From Candidatus Aenigmatarchaeota archaeon (lineage in GTDB: Archaea; Aenigmatarchaeota; Aenigmatarchaeia; Aenigmatarchaeales; JACQIB01): a DNA stretch of 20,863 nt. The stretch's first letter is position 1. Each line of letters begins with the position of its first letter. Where the stretch lies: the NCBI GenBank assembly GCA_046760225.1, contig JBHIDR010000013.1:1-20863 (forward strand), given 5' to 3'. The position numbers were made by a program, and so were the translations under genes. Shown piece after piece: positions 9,631 to 19,338 of the stretch. The notes beneath the pieces were generated by a model. That model saw only the letters and a list, made by a program, of their open reading frames with translations, was not told where the DNA came from and did not search any database.

Positions 9631-9910
9631 GGAAATAAAAAAAGAGGAAAGGAAGTTCATGAAATGGCTCAAGGGCAGTGATAGAAAGGAGTATATTGAA
9701 AACATGAGCTACGTAATAATGTTTATATCTGCTTTCTTCATCTTCCTTGGCCTGGGACTTGGAAGCTTTGTTCCTTATTTTGTTTACCTTGCAGCCTTTG
9801 GCTCCTTCCTCCTGCTGGTAGGCATAGCCATTTATATAGCTTCACAATTAATAGAAGAGAAGTCGACTGGCTCAGCGCAGAGCTTGGCCAGATCATCCGG
9901 TGAAATTTAA
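9608..9910 (+). CDS. Hypothetical two-TM membrane protein (~100 aa)
   Basis: Two hydrophobic helices. Overlaps the bud32 end and is coupled to uS15 by TAATG. Confidence 0.7.
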   Translation: MSEEGVTEEIKKEERKFMKWLKGSDRKEYIENMSYVIMFISAFFIFLGLGLGSFVPYFVYLAAFGSFLLLVGIAIYIASQLIEEKSTGSAQSLARSSGEI

Positions 9911-10368
9911 TGGCAAGAATTTATGCAAGAAGAAGGGGAAAATCCACGAGCAAGCGCCCGCTTGTTCCAGCGCAATGGGTGACTTATTCTGGCGATGAGG
10001 TTGAAAAACTGGTGGTCAAGCTTGCAAAGGACGGCCTGCAGTCAGCACAAATCGGGCTTGTGCTGAGGGACCAGTATGGAATCCCCTCTGTAAGGGCTGC
10101 AACAGGAAAGCCTGTCATGAAGATTCTGGAGGAAAATGAAATTACACCCAAGATACCTGAAGACCTGTTCAACCTGCTGAAAAAGGTAGTGAAGCTCAGG
10201 TCGCACCTTGAAAAGAACAAGAGGGACGCGCACTCCAAGAGGGGTCTTGAGCTTCTTGAAAGCAAAATCAGGAGGCTGATCAAGTATTACATCAAGACTA
10301 AAAGGCTCCCGGCTGGCTGGAGATATGACCCTGAAAGGGCCAAGCTGATAGTGGAAAGGGGTGAATGA
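9910..10368 (+). CDS. rps15: 30S ribosomal protein uS15 (S15P/S13e)
   Basis: [50 protein letters not shown]. Confidence 0.97.
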   Translation: MARIYARRRGKSTSKRPLVPAQWVTYSGDEVEKLVVKLAKDGLQSAQIGLVLRDQYGIPSVRAATGKPVMKILEENEITPKIPEDLFNLLKKVVKLRSHLEKNKRDAHSKRGLELLESKIRRLIKYYIKTKRLPAGWRYDPERAKLIVERGE

Positions 10369-10370
10369 AC

Positions 10371-10916
10371 ATGGCAAAGGTAAAGGGAAAGGAATGGTAC
10401 CAGATTGTTGCACCCAAGATGTTCGGAAACAAGGTGCTCGGTGAGACATTTGCACTTGACCCTGACGCCATCCCCAGCAGGGTGATGGCAGCCACCTTGC
10501 TCGACCTCACGGGAGAGCCCTCTAAATATTATTTCAAGCTCTTCTTCAGAATCACTGACCTTAAGGGAGGGAAGGCGAACACGACCTTTGTTGGGCATGA
10601 ATGTACCCGCGACTACATAGCCAGGGTAGTGAGCATCAGGACAAACAGGATAGACACGAACAATGTTTTTCATCTCAAAGACGCAAGGATAAGGGTAAAG
10701 ACAATAGCAATAACAACCAGGCATGTGAGGGCAAGCGTTGCAACAGACATAAGGAAGAAGATAGGCGAGCTTCTCTCTGAAAGGCTTTCCAAGATGTCGC
10801 TCGAAGATTTTGTAAAGGAAATGGTAGCCGGAAAAATCCAGTCCTATGTACGTTTTGAAGTCAACAAAGTCTATCCTCTTCGCGCATTCGAGATAAACAA
10901 GACAGGGGTTTTCTAG
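10371..10916 (+). CDS. rps3ae: 30S ribosomal protein eS1 (S3Ae)
   Basis: KEWYQIVAPKMFG, TLLDLTG, FVGHE..RDYI, KVYPLR. Start is 10371 or 10365. Confidence 0.93.
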   Translation: MAKVKGKEWYQIVAPKMFGNKVLGETFALDPDAIPSRVMAATLLDLTGEPSKYYFKLFFRITDLKGGKANTTFVGHECTRDYIARVVSIRTNRIDTNNVFHLKDARIRVKTIAITTRHVRASVATDIRKKIGELLSERLSKMSLEDFVKEMVAGKIQSYVRFEVNKVYPLRAFEINKTGVF

Positions 10917-10917
10917 C

Positions 10918-11118
10918 TCACTCGAAATGCGATATTGCAACAGTTATCCAGAACATCCCGCCAATCAGTATAAGGAAGAATGCCAGGAAGGTGCCGATGG
11001 CTATGCTGGTTGTTGAGGATTCTGTCCATCCAGCAGCTGATGCTCCTGCAAACATTGCACCGAAAAGTATGCAGACGCTTCCGAGCACCCAGAACCCTAT
11101 TGACCTTTCTCTGCTCAT
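10918..11118 (-). CDS. Small two-TM membrane protein (66 aa)
   Basis: Two hydrophobic helices. CTTTAATA TATA-like element upstream. Convergent with eS1. Confidence 0.7.
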   Translation of the reverse strand: MSRERSIGFWVLGSVCILFGAMFAGASAAGWTESSTTSIAIGTFLAFFLILIGGMFWITVAISHFE

Positions 11119-11154
11119 GGAGAAATGTTTGGAGATATAGATATTAAAGCCTTT

Positions 11155-12090
11155 CTATCTCCTTCTTGCCTTATACCTGTAGCCCTTCTTCTTTGTTTTC
11201 AAGAAGTATGCTGCACCTGCTATTATTAAAATAACCACTACTGCAATCAGGACTGTGTAATCAGCAGCTTCTGTGGGTGCTTCTCCACCAGTTGGTTCTC
11301 CTTCATCTCCTGCTGGCGCACCTTCTCCTTCAGGAACACCCTCATCTGTTGGTGTTTCGCCCGGTTGTGCTTCAGCCTCTTCTGTCTCATTTGTTGGTGG
11401 TGCTCCTGTTGGTGCTGCTTCTCCTCCCTCTGCACCATCTCCTCCATCACCAGCACAGTCAGTGCAGCTTACTGAGAGCGATGCTGACTGGGAGCCTGCA
11501 TTCGAGCTTGTTATGCTTATTGATGCAGTGGTTGTAGCGCTTATGGTATAGCTGCATGTAAGGCTCTTGCTCTCGCCGCCGCCCACTCCGCCTGCTATTG
11601 TCCCATAGTCAAGAGAAGACGGGCTGCAGCCTGAAAGGGTTGCAGTCACGTCCTTTGCATTTGTCTCGCCAGTGTTCTGTATGTTTATGTTCACTGTCTG
11701 TGATGAGCCAGAAGTGCCAGAGATTGAATCAGCTGATACTGAGAGCGAGGGCGGAAGTATTACGTCAAAGCTGCTTGATGTGCCGGAATCAGGGGTACTG
11801 GATGTTGCGCTTATTGTCTGTGCGCTGAGCTTCTGGTCAGCTGTCACTGTCCATGAAAGCGGGCTGCTCCCTGTTTTCGTAAGCGAGTCAGATGTGGAGA
11901 AGCCTGTGGGAAGGCTCAGGCTGACCTGTGCTGTGCCTGACCATCCTGAAACAGAAACAGTGAAGGACCTTCCTTTCATAACTGTCCCTGGGTCTGCTCC
12001 TGCCTGGGATATGCCCACTGTGAGTGCTGCATGGCCAGGAAGGGAAAAAAGTAAAAATAAGACAATGGAGAACAAACTCATCCTCTTCAT
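11155..12090 (-). CDS. Secreted Ig/CARDB-like protein with acidic linker and C-terminal membrane anchor
   Basis: Signal peptide. Ser/Thr-rich beta domains with INIQNTGETNAKDV. E/G/A/P-rich linker, TM helix and basic tail KTKKKGYRYKARRR. Confidence 0.85.
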   Translation of the reverse strand: MKRMSLFSIVLFLLFSLPGHAALTVGISQAGADPGTVMKGRSFTVSVSGWSGTAQVSLSLPTGFSTSDSLTKTGSSPLSWTVTADQKLSAQTISATSSTPDSGTSSSFDVILPPSLSVSADSISGTSGSSQTVNINIQNTGETNAKDVTATLSGCSPSSLDYGTIAGGVGGGESKSLTCSYTISATTTASISITSSNAGSQSASLSVSCTDCAGDGGDGAEGGEAAPTGAPPTNETEEAEAQPGETPTDEGVPEGEGAPAGDEGEPTGGEAPTEAADYTVLIAVVVILIIAGAAYFLKTKKKGYRYKARRR

Positions 12091-15000
12091 TAAGGTCCAC
12101 CTCCACCGCCTTCAGCCTGTGCCCAAAGGTCTCCTATCTGGAACCAGTTGTCAACTGTCTCCGAGGTGCTGCCATATGTCACGTTCGTATTCAGCATGTA
12201 ATCTCCATCAGGCCATGCTCCAACAGGAGCCAGCTCTATCAGTGCATACCCCCCATCATCTGTGACGTTCTGTACGTAATTGACCGTATAGTCAGTGCTC
12301 TCTGTCAGTTTGGATGCACCGAATGCCCCGAACCTGTAGACAGTCAGCACTTCTGCTGTTGCACCTTGGATTGCTGACTGGTCAAAGTCATAAATCCTTA
12401 TTGCAAATGTGATGTTGTCCGTATTGTTTATCGTCCACCTGTCCTTGAAGAGCAGCATGTCTGTTTTGTTGTACCTCTTTATGTTCCATTCTGGCCTTAG
12501 CTCATATGGATAGCTCTCATTTATTTCCGCGAACCTCACGTTTCCATAATAGATTCCTGTCGGAGCATTGCCCCACTGCTCGCTTATTGAAGCCTGCTCA
12601 TTGCCGTAATAATCCGTGTAGGCTGCGCCTGAACCAGAGCTGTTCTGCCACCAGGGCTCTGTAATCATGGTATCATCATCTGTCAGTATGTTTGTCAGGT
12701 CCTGCTGCCCGTCCTCCCTGTCGTCAAACCCTATCATGTAGAACGTGCTGCCCAGCGACTTGTCCATGTCAAGGTCAAGTCCAACACTCGCCTCTGATAT
12801 TGCACCCGACCAGTAGGCTGGTGAATCATCAGCTGCCCTTACGTCAGCAGCAGGTACTGGCGGGGACACGCCAGTGCTGTTTATTATTACCATTCCGTCC
12901 CATGAGCCTGGTCCCACCCTTCCAAGGTAGAGGTCTGTGGCAAAGCTTCCGCCAATTGGCGTGCCTGAAACCCCAGTAAAGTTGCCGTCTGTACTGAACC
13001 ATGCGCTCTTTGCGCACTCATCAGTGTTCCATCTCGTGCACATCGGGTATTCAACTGATGTGTTGTTCGAAAGCAGCGCCATGTACTCTGCTCCGCTCAC
13101 ATTGTATGCTCCTGTCAGTGCCATTGCCCTCCATTTCGGTGCAGGGTTGCCTGACCAGTCCGAAATCCTTAGCGGTTCAATCACAGAAGAGTTCACGCCA
13201 TCAAAACCTACAACCACGCTGGCACTCGTTGCACTTGCATTGAGCACAAACAGCATGTATTTCTTGCCCTGATAGGTTATGTTTATCGGGTCGTACATAT
13301 CATACAGTGCTGTGCTTGATGTGTCATTGAACGTGCAGTTGGCTGTATTGACCCATAGCTTTGATGCATTTGCAGCAGTAACAAAATAGTAGTATCCCGG
13401 CAGGCTGCTCACAAATGTCCTGTTAACAGGGTCTATTCCAGCATCATCAGGCGGATATGCAACACTCCCAGGGCAATTGCTTATGGCCAGAGGGGATACT
13501 CCGGGGCATTCCAGGCTTGTGCTGCTGTTCTCTACAACCCTGTCACAGCCGTCAAAGTCAAGCACGCCCTCAATGTACATGTCTATGCTGGTGTCATTCA
13601 CAGTATACAGGTCCACCGGATCGCCGTAGTTTTCAGGGTCATACCTGTGGACATAAACCGGCTTGAAGTTTCTTATGTATCCTCCCATTCCCTGTTCAGA
13701 CCTGCTCAGGAATAACCTCACCCTTGTGAAAGGCCATTTCCATTCATCCAGATTTTCTGTTACGCCGTTTCTCTTCCCTATGATCTCGAACCTATACTCG
13801 CCTGCACCAAGAGCATAATCAGAAAGGTTTACCTTTATCTCGCCCTTTCCTGTTATCTCTTCTGTGACCCCGCTTCCAAGTGGCTTTATTTCCTCACCTG
13901 CTGTGGTCCTTACTCTTGCGTTCTTTACTGTGACATTCGCTGTTGTGTCAGCTCCTGCAGGTGTTGTAACAACAACAGGTATTGATATGTTGTCTCCTAG
14001 CTTGTATTCACCTATATCAGACCATTCACCTACTCCTTTGGAATATACCTTTATGTCCTCTGCCCTCGGATCGATATTAAGCAGTGTTATTGTGTCATTA
14101 TCCCCGAATGTTCTTGTGGATATATTGTCATTGATGCTTATCGGGTTTGTGAAATTGCTGTCACCAGAATAAAAGAACATGTCATAATATCCTGAGCTCG
14201 CATTGTCTGTCAGTGCAAAGTATACTGTATCATTGGTCATCCCGTTACCATTTATGTCAAGTCCTTTGTTGCCTGACATTGTCCATGCTCCCATCTGCTC
14301 TTCCCTCAGCATTCCTATCTTCACTTTCTTGCTTTGAGTATAGTTCGTATTTATGTAGGACCCTGTTTCTGCAAGCACGTTCTCCCCGCTAAGCTTCATT
14401 ACATTGTTGCTCAATGACTTTACCTTCCATTCCCCTCCATACGGGTCTGGTATTACCTGGTCTATGGCATAAGCAGTTGCACCGCTCATGTCAGTTCCTC
14501 CAGACATCCAGAGGTGCGTTGTGTTATGATAAGCATAGGCTGGCTTTGTTGTATTGAATCCTGGGAACTGTTCTTCCAGTCCCTCACTCCTTGCAAGGTT
14601 GACATATCCATGATAATAGGTTGTATCGGTTTGAGGAGGTATAAGAACATAGCTGTTCTGAGCACAGCCACCTGTGCCACAAACCCAGCTTTCACCGCAT
14701 ATCTTTCCGTCTGTATGCCTTAACTGAAGGTCATTGCTATCAATATTGGTTATGTTCCATGTCTTTCCTGCCAAGCTGAAAGTAGAATAGTTTGTCATTG
14801 CTGTTTCTGCAGAAAGATTTGAGCTGTTCCCTATCCATGCATGCGTATCATTCCTGACAACATACGCCTCGGTCCCGTTCGGGAAATAACTGCAGTCCCC
14901 CCACATCCATTGGCCAACAGTGTCTATGCAGTACTGTGCAGACCTGTAGCTGTCGCTAATATCTTTCTGTAAAAACTCTATGTCCACGCCATCACATACA

Positions 15001-18000
15001 TGGGTTGTGTTGGACGAGCACGTGTCAGGCACAGCATTTATTTGGTTGTCGCACCTGTCCTGGTTGTAGACGTCTCCTGACTCAAAATCAGGGCTGTCTG
15101 TTGTCCATACCCATCCCTCGCTTAAAACAGGGACCCCAAGCACATAGTTCTTGACAAAGAAGTCTATTCCCTCTGTCTTCTCCACCCCACTGGTGTCATT
15201 GATGTTGAACTCTGCAAAATAGAATCCTGATGTCAGGCTTACATTGAATGTCACATTGCATACATTGCCTGTACAGCTTGTTGAATAGTTGGCCTTCTCA
15301 GGCTTTCCGAGCTTCTCATTGAAGATCCTGTAAAGCCCTGTGCCTTGCGTACTGAGGTTGTGCGGGCTGTTATTGAAATCAGTCGCAGTGAACGTGACTG
15401 TTATGTTCTCGTACGGCTCGAAAACAACAGGCCACTGGTCGCTTCCCCTGTACTTTGTATCAACCTTGTAGCTTGATGTCTCAAACCAGAAGCTTCCTAT
15501 ATCAGATTTTCCGCCCACAGTGAACTTGACATTTGCCTGGTGCTCTCCTTCCCTTTCCAGGCCTGTCAGATTGAAGACATACATCTCTTCTGTACAGCCA
15601 GGCCCATAGCATCCTTCCATACTGACATTCTGGAGGCTTACGCTGGATGAATATGAAACAGGCGAAGGTGGTCCCCTCATGCTGTAGTACAGCACGTTTT
15701 CTACCACAGGAGCGCTGTCAGGAGTCAGTATGTCCCAGGTTCCTGGGTTTCTTGCCACAGCAGAGAACAGCACATCACCGCTCTTTTCAAAGCTTCTTGT
15801 TTCCCAGCTCATGGTATAGTTCTGGCCGTCATACTGCACCCCAGCCGTATCAATAAAGAAGTTCCTTATCTCGAACCAGCCCCATCCCATATAGGTGATG
15901 TTTGAGTTGTCAGGGTCCCTGAGTATTATGTCAACACCATACCAGCCTGTTGGGATGTCAAGTGTGGGTTGCGCTGCGCTCGGCCCTGTCAGCGTTATGG
16001 TTGCGCCTGATGTTGAATTTGTCACAGCTCCCTTTGACACATTGTAGTCTGATGTTGGTATTTCCTTCTCAATCTGGAAGTTTATCAGCTTGTCCACCTC
16101 AGCTATCAGACCTGTGCAGCCAGTGCAGCTCATGCTCCCGCCAACACCGCCCACAAACTTTCCTTTCTCAATGTCAACAACATTTACCTTCAGTGTCACG
16201 TTCTTCCCTGAATTAACAAAACAGAAGTTCTGGCCGCAGTCAACTTCTGCCCAGATGAAATACTTCTTTAGCATGAAGAACACATCGCCTGTTCCTTCCA
16301 TCTCTGTTCCTCCCACATCAGCCTTGAACCTGAATTTTGCCAGGAAGAAGCCCTCGCTGTTTGGTGATGTGAAGGAAATCGTGCCATTGGCAACGCTCTC
16401 ATTTGCAGCTGCCCTGTATGCAGGAGTGAACACATCCTGTCTTGGCTCTGGGAACTCCTTCCACATCTCAATTAGTTTTACGCTTGTTATGTTTTCTCCT
16501 GGTATTTCTGTGTCCGTCAGAAGGTCCCTTACATTCAGCTTTATCCTCACAGTGCTGTTCGGTGCAAAGAAGCCGAACTCCTCCCCATGGAAGTCCACTG
16601 TCTTTCCCCGGGCAAACAGCCTTTGCACACCAAAGGTAGAGCCTGCTTCCTTTGTCTCGAGCGGATGCGCAACCTTGACAACTGCATTGTATATCCCTGT
16701 CTTGTTGGGAGCAACGAATATTATCATGCACTGCCTCTGCACTTCTTTTGGTGGTCCCTCACCTCCTGGAGGCTGCATATCAGAAGGGAGGTAGTCAATA
16801 GCATCAGTAAGGTTCTTCACTAAGTACGATATGCTGCCCAGATAGGAGACCCCGTTCTCGTCTGTGAGCTTTTCCAAGGTCACATAGTCATCACATTCAT
16901 CGTCTGCTGTTGAGGAATTGTCGATGTCAACCATGCCTGTTGGCCCTTCAGGACCGAATCCCCCTCCTGTAACATTCTGCAGCATCACCATCAGTGTCAT
17001 GTTCTTTCCTGGTGCGAATGCTGTTACAAATGCTCCTGGCCCCTCGGCCTCATCAACATACTTCGTGTTTATGGGCTGTATTGTAAGCGTTAATGTCTCG
17101 ATTGCAAACCCGAGGTTTATTGTCTGCTGGTTGCTGCTGCTGTCTGTCCCGGTTATCTGTACCCCGTATTCGCCTGTTGGGTATCCTGTAGAGTCCCATT
17201 CACCTGAATAAGAGCCTGTTGAATCAACAGACATGCTCACAGATGTTGAGCTCCCATTTGGCAGGATTATCGATGTGGATATGGAGGAAAGATTGAACAG
17301 CGCTCCGGCAAGTGTTTTCGAAAGTGCTTCGAATTTTATTTTCGAGTTTGGTGCAAAGCTGTAAGTGGGGGAGCCTGTTACATCGGTTACCTTGCCAAAG
17401 AGCCTGAAGGCCTCCACGCTGAATATCTCTACTGCAGTGTCATTGGCATTTATTGTATAGATACCTGCTGTGCTCGGTGTGCTGAAGCTTGAATTGAAGT
17501 AACCCCAGCTGTTCGTGGTACCAACCAGGCTGTTGACAACAGTGCCGGCCTTGTTCCTTATTGTGATGTTGACAGCTACTGCCTGGTCCTGCTTCAGGTG
17601 GTGCGTGCTGTTTTCCACGAACATCATGAAGTAGGCTGTTTCTCCTGTGCCATAAACAGAATCAGGCACAGGAATGGCAAGGAACACCTTGTTTCCTGTA
17701 CTGAACTCTATCTTCTTTATTAAATAGCTTTCGAAAAGCTTTCCTTGTTTCAGCTGCCTTTCCACATTGTCCCCGTCCCCACTATCCTCTGTATCATTGT
17801 AGAGCCGGAAATCCATGTCATCATCTACATAGAGGGTGTCATAGGTCTCGTTTAAGTTCTCATCAACAAGAACAAAGCTCCAGTTCCTTCCTGAGAAATT
17901 GTAAAACCCATAATGCAGTGTTCCTGACTTGGAGAGGTCCCTCAGCTCAGTGAAGTTCCCTCCCATTGCATTGTCTGTTGTAATAAGTGTGCTCGTGTTT

Positions 18001-18389
18001 ATCGGTATTATGCTCGTGTTGTTTATCAGGTTCGCCTCATGGGTCAGCAGCTCTGAAACAACCTTGTAATGTATTAGCACATAGTCCGAGCCGTTGTACA
18101 CCCTTGCAGTATAGTCATCAGCTGCACCTGCAGAAAAAGAGAAAACATAGCTCCCACCAGAAACGCTCGTGTTTGTTGTGCTGAGCACAACATCAGAGGT
18201 GGAGTTTGTTACATTGAGCGTTAGCAGAACACTCGCAGCACTTGCATTTCCTGTTATTCTTACTGTGTCACCTGTCTCGTATATTATCTTGTCCGCACTG
18301 CCGCTTATTGTATAGGCACCTGCTGCTGAAGTCAGCACAAGCGAAAAAAATACAGTTATGATTATAAATTTTCCTTTATTCAATCCCAC
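12090..18389 (-). CDS. Giant secreted multi-domain surface glycoprotein (~2099 aa)
   Basis: Signal peptide, many NxS/T sequons, repeated Ig/MG2-like domain starts, Cys pairs, no C-terminal TM. Start is GTG 18389 or TTG 18383 (after GGGGTG). Confidence 0.9.
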   Translation of the reverse strand: MGLNKGKFIIITVFFSLVLTSAAGAYTISGSADKIIYETGDTVRITGNASAASVLLTLNVTNSTSDVVLSTTNTSVSGGSYVFSFSAGAADDYTARVYNGSDYVLIHYKVVSELLTHEANLINNTSIIPINTSTLITTDNAMGGNFTELRDLSKSGTLHYGFYNFSGRNWSFVLVDENLNETYDTLYVDDDMDFRLYNDTEDSGDGDNVERQLKQGKLFESYLIKKIEFSTGNKVFLAIPVPDSVYGTGETAYFMMFVENSTHHLKQDQAVAVNITIRNKAGTVVNSLVGTTNSWGYFNSSFSTPSTAGIYTINANDTAVEIFSVEAFRLFGKVTDVTGSPTYSFAPNSKIKFEALSKTLAGALFNLSSISTSIILPNGSSTSVSMSVDSTGSYSGEWDSTGYPTGEYGVQITGTDSSSNQQTINLGFAIETLTLTIQPINTKYVDEAEGPGAFVTAFAPGKNMTLMVMLQNVTGGGFGPEGPTGMVDIDNSSTADDECDDYVTLEKLTDENGVSYLGSISYLVKNLTDAIDYLPSDMQPPGGEGPPKEVQRQCMIIFVAPNKTGIYNAVVKVAHPLETKEAGSTFGVQRLFARGKTVDFHGEEFGFFAPNSTVRIKLNVRDLLTDTEIPGENITSVKLIEMWKEFPEPRQDVFTPAYRAAANESVANGTISFTSPNSEGFFLAKFRFKADVGGTEMEGTGDVFFMLKKYFIWAEVDCGQNFCFVNSGKNVTLKVNVVDIEKGKFVGGVGGSMSCTGCTGLIAEVDKLINFQIEKEIPTSDYNVSKGAVTNSTSGATITLTGPSAAQPTLDIPTGWYGVDIILRDPDNSNITYMGWGWFEIRNFFIDTAGVQYDGQNYTMSWETRSFEKSGDVLFSAVARNPGTWDILTPDSAPVVENVLYYSMRGPPSPVSYSSSVSLQNVSMEGCYGPGCTEEMYVFNLTGLEREGEHQANVKFTVGGKSDIGSFWFETSSYKVDTKYRGSDQWPVVFEPYENITVTFTATDFNNSPHNLSTQGTGLYRIFNEKLGKPEKANYSTSCTGNVCNVTFNVSLTSGFYFAEFNINDTSGVEKTEGIDFFVKNYVLGVPVLSEGWVWTTDSPDFESGDVYNQDRCDNQINAVPDTCSSNTTHVCDGVDIEFLQKDISDSYRSAQYCIDTVGQWMWGDCSYFPNGTEAYVVRNDTHAWIGNSSNLSAETAMTNYSTFSLAGKTWNITNIDSNDLQLRHTDGKICGESWVCGTGGCAQNSYVLIPPQTDTTYYHGYVNLARSEGLEEQFPGFNTTKPAYAYHNTTHLWMSGGTDMSGATAYAIDQVIPDPYGGEWKVKSLSNNVMKLSGENVLAETGSYINTNYTQSKKVKIGMLREEQMGAWTMSGNKGLDINGNGMTNDTVYFALTDNASSGYYDMFFYSGDSNFTNPISINDNISTRTFGDNDTITLLNIDPRAEDIKVYSKGVGEWSDIGEYKLGDNISIPVVVTTPAGADTTANVTVKNARVRTTAGEEIKPLGSGVTEEITGKGEIKVNLSDYALGAGEYRFEIIGKRNGVTENLDEWKWPFTRVRLFLSRSEQGMGGYIRNFKPVYVHRYDPENYGDPVDLYTVNDTSIDMYIEGVLDFDGCDRVVENSSTSLECPGVSPLAISNCPGSVAYPPDDAGIDPVNRTFVSSLPGYYYFVTAANASKLWVNTANCTFNDTSSTALYDMYDPINITYQGKKYMLFVLNASATSASVVVGFDGVNSSVIEPLRISDWSGNPAPKWRAMALTGAYNVSGAEYMALLSNNTSVEYPMCTRWNTDECAKSAWFSTDGNFTGVSGTPIGGSFATDLYLGRVGPGSWDGMVIINSTGVSPPVPAADVRAADDSPAYWSGAISEASVGLDLDMDKSLGSTFYMIGFDDREDGQQDLTNILTDDDTMITEPWWQNSSGSGAAYTDYYGNEQASISEQWGNAPTGIYYGNVRFAEINESYPYELRPEWNIKRYNKTDMLLFKDRWTINNTDNITFAIRIYDFDQSAIQGATAEVLTVYRFGAFGASKLTESTDYTVNYVQNVTDDGGYALIELAPVGAWPDGDYMLNTNVTYGSTSETVDNWFQIGDLWAQAEGGGGGP

Positions 18390-18501
18390 ACCCCATTTTA
18401 GTTTACTTAAGCCTCCTTATAAAGGTTTTGCTGTATTTAATTGTAATATTTATTGTTACAACTCCAATATATATTTAACGTTCTGCCTCAAAACGGGCCT
18501 A

Positions 18502-18509
18502 TTTATAAA
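18502..18509 (+). promoter_or_regulatory. TATA box of the SRP RNA gene
   Basis: TTTATAAA centred about 26 nt upstream of the predicted 5' end (G18532). Confidence 0.75.
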
Positions 18510-18701
18510 GATTGATATTCAAGATTTCATTGGCAGGGAGCTAGACTGGGGGGCTCGTCCTACCCTGTAAGCGCAAATGGGCGTTATGGTGCGGTCGAAG
18601 CTTGAGGGCGGTGCAGGAAGTCTGTAAGGTCCTGCTAGCCAACTGAGAAGCGCCGTCCTGCAGAGTTGGTGTTATAGCGAACTGGGTCAGACTGGGAACA
18701 G

Positions 18702-19338
18702 AGGAGGATAAGTGATGGAAATGAACGAAGCATATTTGGTAGGATACACTATTGGAGACGGCTGTCTGTATAGCTGTAGCCATGTGTTTAGTTTGGACCC
18801 TAGAAAGAGTCTAATGGACTACGAAATTACGTGGGGCGATAAAGATTTGGAACAGTTGGGGCTAATTGAGAGAATAGTAAAATCTTTGTTTCCTCATGTA
18901 TACCTAAAAACAAAGATTAGAAAAAAATCAAAGGGCAAAATCCTCAGGTGTCGTAGAAAAAAAGTTTTTTTACACCTTAAAGAGCTGCTCTCTAAAGATA
19001 TGAAAAGTGAGACAAAGGAAAACATAGCAGCCTTTATAAGTGGGTTTTGTGATGCCGAAGGTGATATCGGCAAAACCAATAATGGAACATACAAAGGCAA
19101 GATATACTACAAGCCCCGTATCCAAGTAACTCAAAAAGATAAGGCTATCTTAGAACAAATAAAGGAGTTACTTGAAAAAAAATTCAATATAAAATCTAGA
19201 ATTCATAAAAAATGGGATCAAGACGCATATATCTTGCAGATAAGTGGATGTAAACAAGTATCTATTTTCAAAAAGGAAATAAATTTTAGAAATCCTACCA
19301 AATGTGCAAAGTTAGAAAGTATACTTTCCTCCGTTCAA
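18702..19338 (+). mobile_element. 637-nt bulge-helix-bulge archaeal intron in SRP RNA helix 8, carrying a homing endonuclease gene
   Basis: Central 4-bp helix GAAC (18696-99)/GTTC (19333-36). 3-nt bulges AGA (18700-02) and AAA (19337-39). Intron-side helix GGAGGA(T)AAGT (18703-13)/ACTTTCCTCC (19323-32). Cutting after the second nt of each bulge restores the SRP54-binding motif. Confidence 0.88.

Noticed and set aside
16090..16794. Long antisense ORFs (e.g. 16090-16794, 4265-4864, 10287-10940, 11672-12265, 19589-20119)
   Set aside because: They are shadows of real genes on the opposite strand, with no motifs of their own.
12090..18389. Alpha-2-macroglobulin
   Set aside because: MG2-like starts are present, but there is no thioester CxEQ motif or recognisable helical TED region.
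18541..18783. 80-aa minus-strand ORF and the 18358-18570 plus-strand ORF
   Set aside because: They overlap the structured SRP RNA and its promoter and have no protein-like features.
18702..19338. Group I/II intron, intein or IS element
   Set aside because: The ORF fills almost the whole insert, leaving no room for a ribozyme core. No Hint motifs or host protein, no transposase, and no clear terminal repeats. The junctions form a BHB.
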